Positions 40,366 through 51,866 of a stretch of 64,000 nucleotides of DNA are shown here, piece by piece; position 1 is the stretch's first letter, and every line of letters starts with the position of its first letter. Position numbers and translations under genes: made by a program. Source of the DNA: Mobula hypostoma (taxonomy: Eukaryota); contig NC_086106.1 of assembly GCF_963921235.1 (NCBI RefSeq), positions 22,816,001-22,880,000 of the forward strand, written 5' to 3'. The notes under the pieces are model-generated. The model was given only the letters and a program-made list of their open reading frames with translations. It was not told where the DNA came from and did no database searches.

Positions 40366-42935
40366 TTGCCGGGTGCACGACATCCTGGTACGAGAGGGAA
40401 AGCAACCATAAGTTGTGATACATGTTGGGACCAAAGACATAGGCAGGAAGAGGGATGAGGTCCTGAAATGTGAGTTTCGGGAACTAGGCAGAAGACTGAA
40501 GAACAGGACCTCAAGCGTGGCGTTCTCAGGATTGCTGCCAGTGCTACGTCTCAGTCAGGGTAAGAATTGGAGGAGATGGCAGTTGAATGCGTGGCGAAGG
40601 AGATGGTGCAGGGAGCAGGGTTTTAGATTTTTAGATCATTGAGATCTCTTCTGGGGAAGGTGGGACTTGTACAGATTGGATGTGTTGCACCTGAACTCGA
40701 CGGGGGAGCAACATCCTTGCAGGTAGGTTTGCTAGCATGGTGCGGGAGAATTTAAACTAATTTGCGAGGGCGATGGGACCCAGAGGGATAGAGCAGTGAA
40801 AGAAGTGCATGGAATAAAGCCAGATCTAACATACAGAGAGGCTTTGAGGAAAGAGAAACAGAATAAACAGTGTAAAGACAGTAAAGTAGAAGGGAGGGCT
40901 GAAATGTGTGTACCTCAATGCAAGAAGCATCAGGAACAAAGTGATGAACTGAGAGTTTGGATACATACATGGAATTATGATGTAGTGGCCAGTACAGAGA
41001 CTTGTCTGGCACCAGGGCAGGAATGGATTCTCAATACTCCTGGATTTCCGTGCTTTAAAAGGGATAGAGAGGGCGGAAAAACGTGAGGACGGGTGGTGTT
41101 AGTGGTCAGGGATACTATTACAGCTACAGAAAGGGTGGATAATGTAGCAGGATCCTATGAGTGAATATGAATGGAAGTCAGGAACAGGAAGGGAGAAGGT
41201 ACTCTATTGGGGGTATTCTATATGCCCCCTGGTAGCAGCAGAGATACAGAGGAGCAGATTGGGAGGCAGATTTTGGATAGGTGCAAAAATAACAGGGTTG
41301 TTATCATGGGTGACTTTAACTTCCCTAATATTAATTGGCACCTGATTATTTCCAAGGGTTTAGATGCGGCAGACTTCGTTAACTGTGTCCAGGATGGATT
41401 CCTGCCACAGTATGTGGACAAGCCGACCAGGGGGAATGCCATACTAGAGCTAATACTAGGTGATAAACTGGGTCAGGTCACAGATCTCGCAGTGGGTGAG
41501 AATGTGGGAGACAGGGAACACCGTTCCCTGGCCCTTAGCATTGTCATGGAAAAGGATAGAGTCAGAGAGGACAGGATTTTTTTTTTTAATTGGGGAATGG
41601 CAAATTATGAGGCTATAAGGCTACAACTTACGGGTGTGAATTGGGATGATGTTTTTGCAGGGAAATGTACTATGGACATGTGGTTGATGTTTAGAGATCT
41701 CTTGCGGGATGTTAGGGATAAATTTGTCCCGGTGAGGAAGATGATAAATGGTAGGGTGAAGGAACCATGGGTGACAAGTGAGGTGGAAAATCTAGTCAGG
41801 AGGAAGAAGGCAGCAAACATGAGTTTAGGAAGCAAGGATCAGATGGGTCTATTGAGGAATATAGGGAAGCAAGAAAGGAGGTAAAGAACGGGCTGAGAAG
41901 AGCAAGAAAGGGGCGTGAGAAGTCCTTGGCGAGCAGGGTTAAGGAAAAACCCAAGGCATTCTGAAATTATGTTAAGGAAAAAAGGATGACAGGAAAGAAG
42001 GTAGGACCTATTCGAGATAAAAGCGGGAAGATGTGCCTGGAGCCTGTGGAAGTGCGCGAGGTCCTCAGTGAATACTTCTCTTCGGTAATCACCAATGAGA
42101 GGGAACTTGATGATGGTGAGGATAATATGAGTGAGGTTGATGTTCTGGAGCATGTTGATATTAACGGAGATCAGGTGTTGGTGTTGTTAAAATACATTAG
42201 GACAGATAGGTCCCCGGAGCCTGACGGAATATTCCCCAGGCTTCTCCACGAGCCGAGAGAAGAGATTGCTGAGCCTCTGGCTAGGATCTTTATGTCCCCG
42301 TTGTCCACGGGAATGGTACGGGAGGATTGGAAGGAGGCGAATGTTGTCCCCCTGCTCAGAAAAGTTAGCAAGGATAATCCGACTAATTATGGACCAGTGA
42401 GCCTTACGTCTATGGTGGGAAAGCTGTTGGAAAAGATTCTTAGAGATAGAATCTATAGGTATTTAGAGAATCATGGTCTGATCAGAGACAGTCAGCATAG
42501 CTTTGTGAAGGCAGATCATGTCTAAAAAGCCTGATAGAGATTAGGGAACTAGGGCTTTACCCTTTGGAGAGAAGGAGGGTGAGAAGAGACATGATATAGG
42601 TGTACAAGATAACATGAGGAATAGATAGAGTGGATAGCCAGCGCCTCTTCCCCAGGGCACCACTGCTCAGTACAGAGGACACGGCTTTAAGGTAACGGGT
42701 GGGAAGTTCAAGGGGGATATTAGAAGAAGGATTTTAACTCAGAGAGTGGTTGGTGCGTGGAATGCACTGGCTGAGTCAGTGGTGGAGGCAGATACACTAG
42801 TGAAGTTTAAGAGACTACTAGACAGGTATATGGAGGAATTTAAGGTGGGAGAATATATGGGAGACAAGGTTTGATGGACGGCACAACATTGTGGCCGAAG
42901 GGCCTGTGCTGTGCTGTACTGTTCTCTATTCTATG
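40366..42935 (+). mobile_element. CR1 LINE with ORF1 esterase remnant, APE endonuclease and an internally deleted RT
   Basis: IHVGTKDIGRK...FRFLDH (SGNH-like), GDFNFPNINW, YGPVSLTSMVGKLLE. An abrupt jump near 42540 to the RT C-terminus and 3' tail. Confidence 0.9.
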
Positions 42936-42942
42936 TTCAGTT

Positions 42943-42979
42943 ATTCCTGACGAAGGGTATCGGCCCGAAACCTCGACTG
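42943..42979 (+). ncRNA. Degenerate minimal type I hammerhead ribozyme motif
   Basis: ATTC CTGACGA AGGGTATCGGCCC GAA ACCT C GACTG. The stem III palindrome ACGT is mutated to ACCT. Confidence 0.6.
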
Positions 42980-44796
42980 TATCTCTTCCTAGAGTTGTTG
43001 CCTGGCTGCTGCGTTCACCAGCAACTGTTATGAGTGTTGCTTGAAATACCAGCATTTGCAGATTTCCTCGTGGTTGAACGTTTGAATGGGCGGGCCGCTG
43101 ACGTTGTGAGAGCCGTCCGGTTAAAATATCCACTCACAAACGTGAGCTATTACCTTTGAACACTGGAAAGCTCTGTGGTCCGACAGGAAACCAAATGGAT
43201 CTCATGGTGGTATTTCGGAACATGCGTCCGGAGAAGGGGAAGATATGCTCTGTTTTTAATTTCCGACTAGAGTGGTAGCTAAATTTCTTGCAGCGCAGAG
43301 TGGTAATCCATGCGGCTGAGCTGCACCCTTTAGGAATGAACCAGATAGCCAATGGTGCCCAATCTCATGAACCTGAATGCTTATGGTCTTCAATAGTCCA
43401 GCAAGACGTGCGCCATCCATTTATTGCAGAGCTGCTGTGCGAGAAGATTCGGGTACACTACCACTTGGGCAGCCTTCGAAAAGGGAGACCTGGCAGAGGC
43501 GGAGAAGACGAACCATGCGTCATCTGGAGTTTAAGAAACAAATCTTATACCAGGTCACGTCCTTCTAAGACCGACCTCGCCGTTGCCAGTAGGTTCTGCA
43601 GAATTGCGTAAAAGATAATTCTTGATGACTGTAGATAATTTGGGGGTGGGAAAAAAGCAATGGATTGCTCAGAAACCGGTTTTACTGGCCCAAGATGAAA
43701 TCGGAGGACGAAGAATAGTCCAGGTCGTGCTTTCGATGCATACGGCAGAAGACGTTACTTACGCGGGCAGCTCCCTTGTCCCACTTGCAGAGTGCGGGGC
43801 CTCTGGACGTGGTGTGTATGTATGTCCTGTCAAAAGAACCGAATGCCAGCAACACGACAAATGGCCTAGTCATTACGGACCACTACACCAGGTATGCTCA
43901 GGCTATTCCGCTCAAACACCAGAGGAATCCTCCGGTGGCAAAAGTGTTATGGTTGAAGTATTGCATCTAGTTTGGCCGTCCCAGTTAGATACATAATGAT
44001 CAGGGACGGAATTCCGAGAGCAGACTCATCCATGAGTTACTGGGCCTGCTTGGATTCGAGAAGCCTTATCACACGCAGGGTGATCCCAGGCCAGAGATAT
44101 TTAAAGGGATCTTGCTACACATGCTCGGGAACTTGGAGATCAGCAAGAATAGCAGGTGGAGTCAACATATATTGGTATCTGGCGCACAGTTATAGCTACA
44201 CATAAAATGAAGTTGCTGGGTACTCGCCATACTACCTCATGTTTGAGCGCGAGACGAGATTGCCCTTTAATCGTTGTTTTGGACTGATGAGGGTGACTTA
44301 CCACCGAGGACATATCTGAAATGTGTGTCTGACATGAGAACAGCTGTAAAGGACTTATGAATCAGCTGGGGTTGCGGCTGCCTATCAGAATTAAGGGAAT
44401 AAGATGACTATATGTTGAACAGGTGACGTTCTCCCAACTCCTTCCCTGTAACAAGGGACTACATAAGTAATTTGCGGCTACCTGGAAAGCATAAATTCGC
44501 TGATCGTAGGGCGGCTACGCCCTATGTAGTGGAGAGTCAGGTGACAAACCTGTTAGTTTTCCTGGTTAAATCAAAATATGGGTATGGGCCTGTCAAGATT
44601 CTCCATCGGAACCACCTGTTGCCCCAGAGTTAAGAGGTGCAGGTAGACCCAGAGCCTGACTTGGAGACTACATCAAATAAGAGGACTTTGCGGAAATGCG
44701 GGGCGACTACATGGCGCCCAGCAGTCGAGGATAGGGCGGCTCCCACACCTGAAAGTTTTATTGATCCGGTTGATGAGGACATGGATGTGTGTTATA

Positions 44797-45875
44797 AATT
44801 ATTAAAAGACAATAAGACAAAGGAGCAGAAGTCGTCCATTCGGCCCATCGAGTCTGCTCCACAATTCCATCATGAGCTGATCCATTCTTCCATTTATCCC
44901 ACTCCCCCGCCTTCTCACCATAACCTTTGATGCCCCGGCTATTCAGATACCTGCCTTAAATGAACCCAATAACTTGAATTCATTGCCGCCAGTGGCAACA
45001 AATTCAATAGATTCACCACCCTCTGGCTAAAAAAAAAAAAAAAAAAAAAAATCTTTGCATCTGTGTTCTGAATAGGCGCCGTTCAATCCTCAAGTCATGC
45101 CCTCTCGTACGAGACTCCTCCTGAATGGGAAACAACTTTGCCATATCCACTCTGTCGAAATGTTTCTATAGGTTCGCCCTTTATTCTTCTAGACTCCAAG
45201 GAATACAGTACAAGAGCAGACAAACGTTCCTCATATATTAACCCTCTCATTCCAGGAATCATTCAAAGTGAATCTTCCCTGTACCCTCTCCAACGTCAGC
45301 CCGTCCTTTCTTACATAGGAAACCACAACTGCACATAGTACTCCAAGTGAGGTCCCGCCAGCGCATTATAGAGCCTCAGCATAACATCCCTGCTCCTATA
45401 GTCTATTCCTCCAAAAGTGAATGCCAATATAGCATTCGCCTTCTTCACCACCGACTCAACCAGAAGGTTAACCTTAAGGGTATCCTGTACGAGGTGTCCC
45501 AAGTCCCGTTGAATCTCAGAACTTTGAATTGTCTTCCCATTTAAACAGTAGTCGCCCCGTTTATTTCTTCTGCTAGAGTGCATAACCATACACTTTCCAA
45601 CATTGTATTTCATTTGCCACTTCTTTTCCCAGTCTTCCAATCTATCGAAATCTCTGTGCAGACTCTCTGTTTCCTCAGCATTACCGACCCCTCCACATAC
45701 AACGTAAAAAGAAGCAGCCCCAAGACGGACCCCTGTGGAACACCGCTGTTAACCGGTAGCCAACTCGAATAGGAACCCTTTATTCCCAAACTCTGTTTCC
45801 TGCCAATCAACCAACGCTCTATCCACGTATGTAACTTTCCGGTAATTCCATGGGCTCTTATCTTGTTAAATAGTT
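44797..45875 (-). mobile_element. CR1 3' part nested in the Gypsy
   Basis: SGVPQGSVLGLLLFTLYV and KANAILAF on the minus strand. Empty site in copy A near 7020. Confidence 0.87.
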
Positions 45876-48800
45876 ATATATGCTGTATATCCCTAACTTC
45901 TCATTTGTTGAGGAAGAGACTCCTGGTCCTTCTCCCATTGAGTCAAGTGAAGTAGGGAGCGGGCTATCTGTGGGCAGCCTGGATTTGGCCACGGGAGGTG
46001 GGCACGAGTGACGGATCAGGGAAGGTTCCGTCAGGTAGACTGGAGGTGTCCACCGTAATGTCTGAAACTGCAGAGTTATATGAGTGGGTGCGCAGGTCAC
46101 AGATAATTAGGTGACCAGCGGATAGACTAGCCTACGTAACCCTAGGGGAACAGTGCGTAACGCCTACCGTTTTGGGGAGTGTTTTACGAAGATTGGGCTT
46201 TGTGTTTTGCAGGAAGTGTTGGCGAATTATCTCAAAGTTAGAAGGACATGACTAAATTTGTTGGGGGGAGCGGATAACACGCCATAAGTTTTCACTGCTG
46301 ATGTATTGAACTGCGTGTAATGTTTCGCTGTCAATTTAATGTTCTCTGTAGCAGCAATGTTTGTGTTATGAATAAAGATAGCGGGGCTTTGGAATGCGGG
46401 TGGTAGCCAATGAGAGAAATTGTGTTCTTTCTTGTGAGCCAAGGAGAGATATTTTCGCGGTCTTTTGCCGGTGTGATATAAGGAGGGAAGACGAGAAAGG
46501 AGCGCTTTGCTAGACCTGCAAACTGAGTGGACTTGGTGCGATGGCCGAAGGTCAGGGTCGATGGGAGTAGGACGAAAGTGGTCGAACGACCTTATCACTG
46601 AGATCCAACCTTGCGTATTAGACTGTTTCATGAGAACGGGGCCTTTTTTTTTTCTTTTTTGTTTTCTTTACCAACCATATAATAAAATTAATAATTTTAA
46701 AACCTCAATCGTTTAATCGCATATTGTGCATTGTGGTTATTTCATGGTACTGATTTGTAACATGGACATATCGCGCAGCATCCACCCAGAAGAGATTTCT
46801 TAAGTTCGGCCGGGCAGGGGGCTATCATCTCGTATATTAACTGCTAACCAAAGCGAGAGTTATATCCTTGAAACCCATAAGGTAACATGTCAGACAACGG
46901 AGCTCGGTATAACGTGGTGATTAATGCGTCCTGAATTCTAAAAAAAAACTATAACATCCGTGAGAGATAGTCGATGATACAAAATGTGATTACTATTTCA
47001 GGTGACGAACATTCTGAACCTGTGACATGAGCTGTGGTATTATTTATCTCTCAACTGGAATAAGGGGGAAAAAATAATTTGAAGAGCAACTGCCCCCAGT
47101 TGAAGTCTCGTCAATTTAAAACCGAGGGAAACAGCGAGAATGAACGTTACTTGGAATAAATAGGTCCTGAGGCATGATCCGAGGATATACGGAAGAACAT
47201 CGGTGCTACTCAGTTAGATACGTCAGGTCATCAAACCTCACAAAAAGGGAAGTGCTTTCTGAGACTCTTCGTTTCCAGCAGCCCACTATATTTTCTCTGC
47301 GTTCTTAAGCGTCTCTTAAGTCTCATACTACACAATCTCTTGCAAGTCATTGAATCATTTGTTAAAGTGAGCATATTATGATTAGGCTACGGAATACAAT
47401 TCCTGAAATGTGATTACAAATAACCAATAGAAAGTATTTCTGAACCCCAATGTAGACAAATCTATTTACCTTTCCAACGCCCCAATCAGTTTGTTTCTTT
47501 ATCGATTTTTCCCTAACCAAATATCCTCCGAATTGACTATGGCACTGTCTTTTGCTTCTGAGTTCACCAAAGATATTATTCAATGATTATTCAAAACGTC
47601 ATACGTATCATATGGTTAAAGCGTATTATGGCAAAAAAATTAAAAAAAAACAGCAGGGAATGCTTGTTACCGCGATCAGCCTCAACACATTTGATCATTT
47701 ATGTTCAATTTCATCGTTGTACACCATGCTTCATTTCCCTGTTTGTGCACTTGCAACAACTGAATGCGTTACCATTTTCTGAAGTAATTAAAATAAGAGC
47801 AGCACTTCAGTTTTCCTTTAGGTATGATTTCTATGATCTGAACACGGTGCCCTATTATGTTTTAATAATGGCAGTCATGGGACAATGTACTTTACGCTAT
47901 TATTTCGCAGATAGTTTGATATAAATTTCGCCCTTTTCGCTGCCGTTCCTGAGGTTTGAAGGAGGAAAAAGGGATAACAGATCAATTCAGTCCTGGCAGC
48001 TCAATTCTCCTAATGATAATAATAATTAAAAAAAAAACATGTAATCGGATTTTTTCTTAAAAAAAAAAGTAATGACGACGGAGGCAAACAGACCGTTTCC
48101 CGGGCTTTGTGAAGTAATTCAATGTTTGTAAACATTTAAACTCTAAAGAAGGCCATAAAACGTGCCCAGTGGAGGTATATCGGTGTTCTATCACGATCGC
48201 GAGGTAATAGAGTCTCCAACAAGACTTCCAAGGCTTGCTTATATTTATGTCTAGTCTCTGCATCGAGCTGTAGCCTCTAGTAAGAAACACGTTTCCGTCT
48301 ATTTTGTTTTTTTAGGTACACATTCAAAATCAATGACAACTAAGTTTCAGCTAATGATTTATTTAATGTCCCGTTATTTTCCTCCGACGCTCCAATGTAG
48401 ACGGCACGGTCCGCAGCTCTCATTGCAAGCAGTGGAAATCCTCATTTTCTCTCGTTTTAGCCTGCTCACAACCTTATTTCTTCGTGTATATATATATTTT
48501 TTTCTTTACACCGCTTGTTTTGAATTTAACTGGTCAATAGTCAGTCACAGAAAAATGCAAAAGTCTGCGCACCCTTGGTCAAAATTTCGGTGCCTGTGAA
48601 TAGCTAAGCAAGTCAAAGATGACCTGATTTCCAAAAGACATAAAGTTAAAGATGACACATTTATATAATATTTTGAGCAAGATTACTATTTTTTTTCCAT
48701 CTTTTACAGTTACAAAATAGGAAAAAAAGGAAACTGTCCTAAAGTAAAAGTCTGGGACCCTTGCATGGTCAGTACTTAGTAACAGACCGTTTGTTAATTA

Positions 48801-49259
48801 TCAAAGCTTGTAAACACTATCTGTAACCAGCTTAGAGATTTTCAATTCTTGTTAGGGGGATTTTCCACCAATCTTCCTTGCAAAAGGGATGTAGTTCTGT
48901 GAGATTCTTGGACCGTCGTTCATGCACTGCTCTTTTGTGGTCTATCCACAGATTCTCGACCATGTTTAGGTCGGTGTTGAGGCCCATGTTGAGGCCCATG
49001 GCAAAACCTTCAGCATGCGCCTCTTGAGGTAGTCCATTGTGGATGTTCAGGTGTGTTAAGGATCATTATCCTGTTGCAGGAGCCATTCTCTTTACATCTT
49101 CAACTTTTTTTTTAACAGACTGTTTGATGTTTGCTTCCAGAATTTACTGGCATTTAATTGAATTCATTGTTCCCTCAAGCAGTAAAATATTCCCCGTTCC
49201 AATGGCTGCAACACAAGCCAAAAACATGCTCGATCCAAACCCGTGTTTAACATTGGAGA

Positions 49260-49389
49260 AACATACATCAAAGTTGCTGGTGAACGCAGCAGGCCAGGCA
49301 GCATCTATAGGAAGAAGCGCAGTCGACGTTTCAGGCCGAGACCCTTCGTCAGGACTAACTGAAGGAAGAGTGAGTAAGGGATTTGAAAG
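49260..49389 (-). mobile_element. 130-bp Penelope-like terminal fragment inserted in the Tc1
   Basis: 9-bp duplication CATTGGAGA at 49251-49259 and 49390-49398. Absent from the copy A Tc1. Confidence 0.8.
49321..49356 (-). ncRNA. Minimal type I hammerhead ribozyme, intact core
   Basis: AGUC CUGACGA AGGGUCUCGGCCU GAA ACGU C GACU: stem I AGUC/GACU, stem II AGG/CCU, palindromic ACGU at stem III, and a GUC cleavage triplet. Confidence 0.8.
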
Positions 49390-51361
49390 CATTGGAGATG
49401 TGTTTTTCATAAAATTCTGCACCTTCTTTTCTCCAAACATACCTTTGCTCATGGCGTCAAAGAGAATTCAATCTTAACTTCATTACTCGTCAGGAATTGT
49501 TTCCAAAATGCATGAGGCTTGTTTACATGTTCTTTTGCAAATGTATGTGCTGTATATTGTGGTGACAACGCAGAAAAGCTGTTTTTTTCCTGATGACTCT
49601 GTAATGCAAGTCATATTTATACAGGTGATGCTGCACAGTAGAACAGTGCATCAGCACTCCAGAAGAAGAATTATCTTCCTGCTCGTCTTTTGCAGTGAAA
49701 CGGCTGTTTTGATTTGCCTTTCTAGCAATCGTACGAGCAGTTCTCCCGGAAAATTTTCTTGGCCTTCCAGACCTCAACTTGACCTTTACCGGTCCTGTTA
49801 ACTGCCAATTCTTAATTACGCTAGGAACTGAGGAGACGACTTCATGAAATCGCTTTACTATCTTCTTTTAACCTTCGCCTGCTTTGTGGGCATAGTTACT
49901 TTTTAATTTTCAGAGTGTTAGGCAACTGCTTAGAGGGGCCCATGGCTACTGATTGTTGGGAAATTGTTTGAGGAGTCAGGGTATTTTTAAAGCTTTGAAA
50001 TATTCATCACATGGCTTTTTCTAACGATGAGTGTGACAAGCCAGAGCCGTAACAAGTTAATTAAGGTCTGAATACTTGTTACAAGTTATCTGATAGCTCA
50101 TAAACTTGTGGTGCCCACACATTTGCATGGGGCACCTTTCCTTTTTTCTCTCTCTCTATAATTGTACAAAACAAAAAAAATACACTAATCATTCTTCATA
50201 TTAAAAAAAAACGTTTCAGCTTTAACTTTACGACTTTTGGAGATCAGTTAATCTTCTACTCACTTAAGTATTCACAGTAAAAGATATTTTGAACAGAGCT
50301 GTTCAAAATTCTGTATGCCACTGTATCTACTTGATCGTACTTATTTTTTGTTTTCTTTATTACTTTTCTGCATCGATATGATACTCGACGTTGGAAAAGG
50401 GTGTTTCGAACCAGAGGAGGTAACAAAGATAGTTAATGACTACCTTGTTTTTTCCTTCAGTATTCGTGGAAAAGGATCTTGACGATTTAAGGAATATTTA
50501 CAGCGGATTTAACAGCTTGAGTAGAGAGGCATGAAGAAAGAGGATATGCTGGAACTTTGACAAGGCATCAAGTTGGATAAATCTCCCGAATCGGAAGAGG
50601 TGCACTATAGGCTACAGTGCGAGGCTAGGGAAAAGATTGCTGAACCTCTGGCAATGATCGTTGCATGGTCAATAGGGACGTGAGAGCTTACGGATGATTG
50701 GAGGGTTGCAGTTGGTGTTCCGTTTTTCAAGAAAGGGAGGGGAGATAGCCAGGGAAATTATAGACTAATAAGCCTTACCTTAATTGTTGGTAAATTTATG
50801 GAAAATATTCTGAGGCAGCATTTATGAACATTTAAGGAGTCATAAAATGATTAGGAATACCCCATTTGGCTTTGTCAAAGTCATGTCGTGTCTTACGAGC
50901 CGGATTAAATATTTTTAGGATGTGACTAAGCACAGTGATGAAGGCAAAGCAGTAGATGTAGTGTCTGTGGATTTCAGCAAGACAGTTGATATGGTCCTCA
51001 TGCAAGGCATCATTGGGAATATAAGGAGGCATTGGATCCAATGGGACCTTGCTTTGTCGATCCAGAAATAGCTTCCCCTACAAGGCAAAGTGCTCTGTAA
51101 CCAATGTCGTGTCTCATAAATCAGTTCCTGCATATCTCCTTTTCGAGATTTTTATAAATGAACTTATGAGGAAGTGGAGGGATCGGTTAGCAAATTTGCA
51201 AATAACACAACGGTTAGGGGTGTGTGGATACTCTATAGGGTTATCAGAAGTTACAGCGGGACATCGATGGATACAGATTTGATCTGGGACGTGGCAGATG
51301 CAGTCCAAACTCAGATAGGTGTCCGGTTGTTCATTTTGGAGCAAATATGATGGCAGAATAT

Positions 51362-51866
51362 AGCATCACACATAAAAGTTGCTGGTGAACGCAACAGGCC
51401 GGGCAGCATCTCTAGGAAGAGGTACAGTCGACGTTTCGGGCCGAGAACCTTCGACAGGACTAACTGAAAGAAGAGCTAGTAAGAGATTTGAAAGTGGAAA
51501 TGGGAGGGGGAGATCCGAAATGATAGGAGAAAACAGAAGGGGGAGGGATGGAGACAAGAGCTGGACAGTTGATTGGCAAAAGGGATATGAGAGGATCATG
51601 GGACAGGAGGCTTCGGGAGAAAGAAAAGAGGGAGGGCGGAAAGCCCAGAGGATGGGCAAGGGATATAGTAAGAGGGACAGAGGGAGAAAAAAAATGTGTG
51701 TATATAAAGAAATAACAGATGGGGTACGAGGGGGAGGTGGGGCATTAGTGGAAGTTTGAGAACTCAATGTACCACTTCCTAGAAATGCTCCCTGGCCTGC
51801 CGCATTTACCAGCAACTTTTCTGTGTGTGTTGCTTGAAATTCCAGCATCTGGCGATTTCCTCGTGG
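51362..51866 (-). mobile_element. Penelope-like insertion with an inverted terminal segment
   Basis: 11-bp duplication TGGCAGAATAT (51351-51361 and 51867-51877). The minus strand carries an ORF-end remnant NIEFSNFH* and a hammerhead motif. 51770-51866 is a plus-strand copy of the same terminus. Confidence 0.78.
51425..51461 (-). ncRNA. Hammerhead motif with a core mutation
   Basis: AGUC CUGUCGA AGGUUCUCGGCCC GAA ACGU C GACUG. CUGA has become CUGU. Confidence 0.6.

Larger units (their letters stand above)
40117..43070 (+). mobile_element. Penelope-like 3'/pLTR insertion, itself split by a CR1
   Basis: Flanked by TGGTTGA duplicates (40110-40116 and 43071-43077). Parts 40117-40365 and 42936-43070 join to match the reverse complement of 51362-51720. 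Confidence 0.75.
38377..46862 (+). mobile_element. Gypsy element copy B with nested insertions
   Basis: Truncated 5' LTR at 38377-38602, gag remnant split at 40110/43071, integrase remnants at 43620-44300, PPT-like GGGGGGAG near 46263, and a 3' LTR at ~46273-46862. Confidence 0.87.
48548..50323 (-). mobile_element. Tc1-family transposon, copy B
   Basis: Collinear with 10671-12211. Ends ...GTATGCCACTG followed by TA. RSGRPRK N-terminal motif. Confidence 0.9.
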
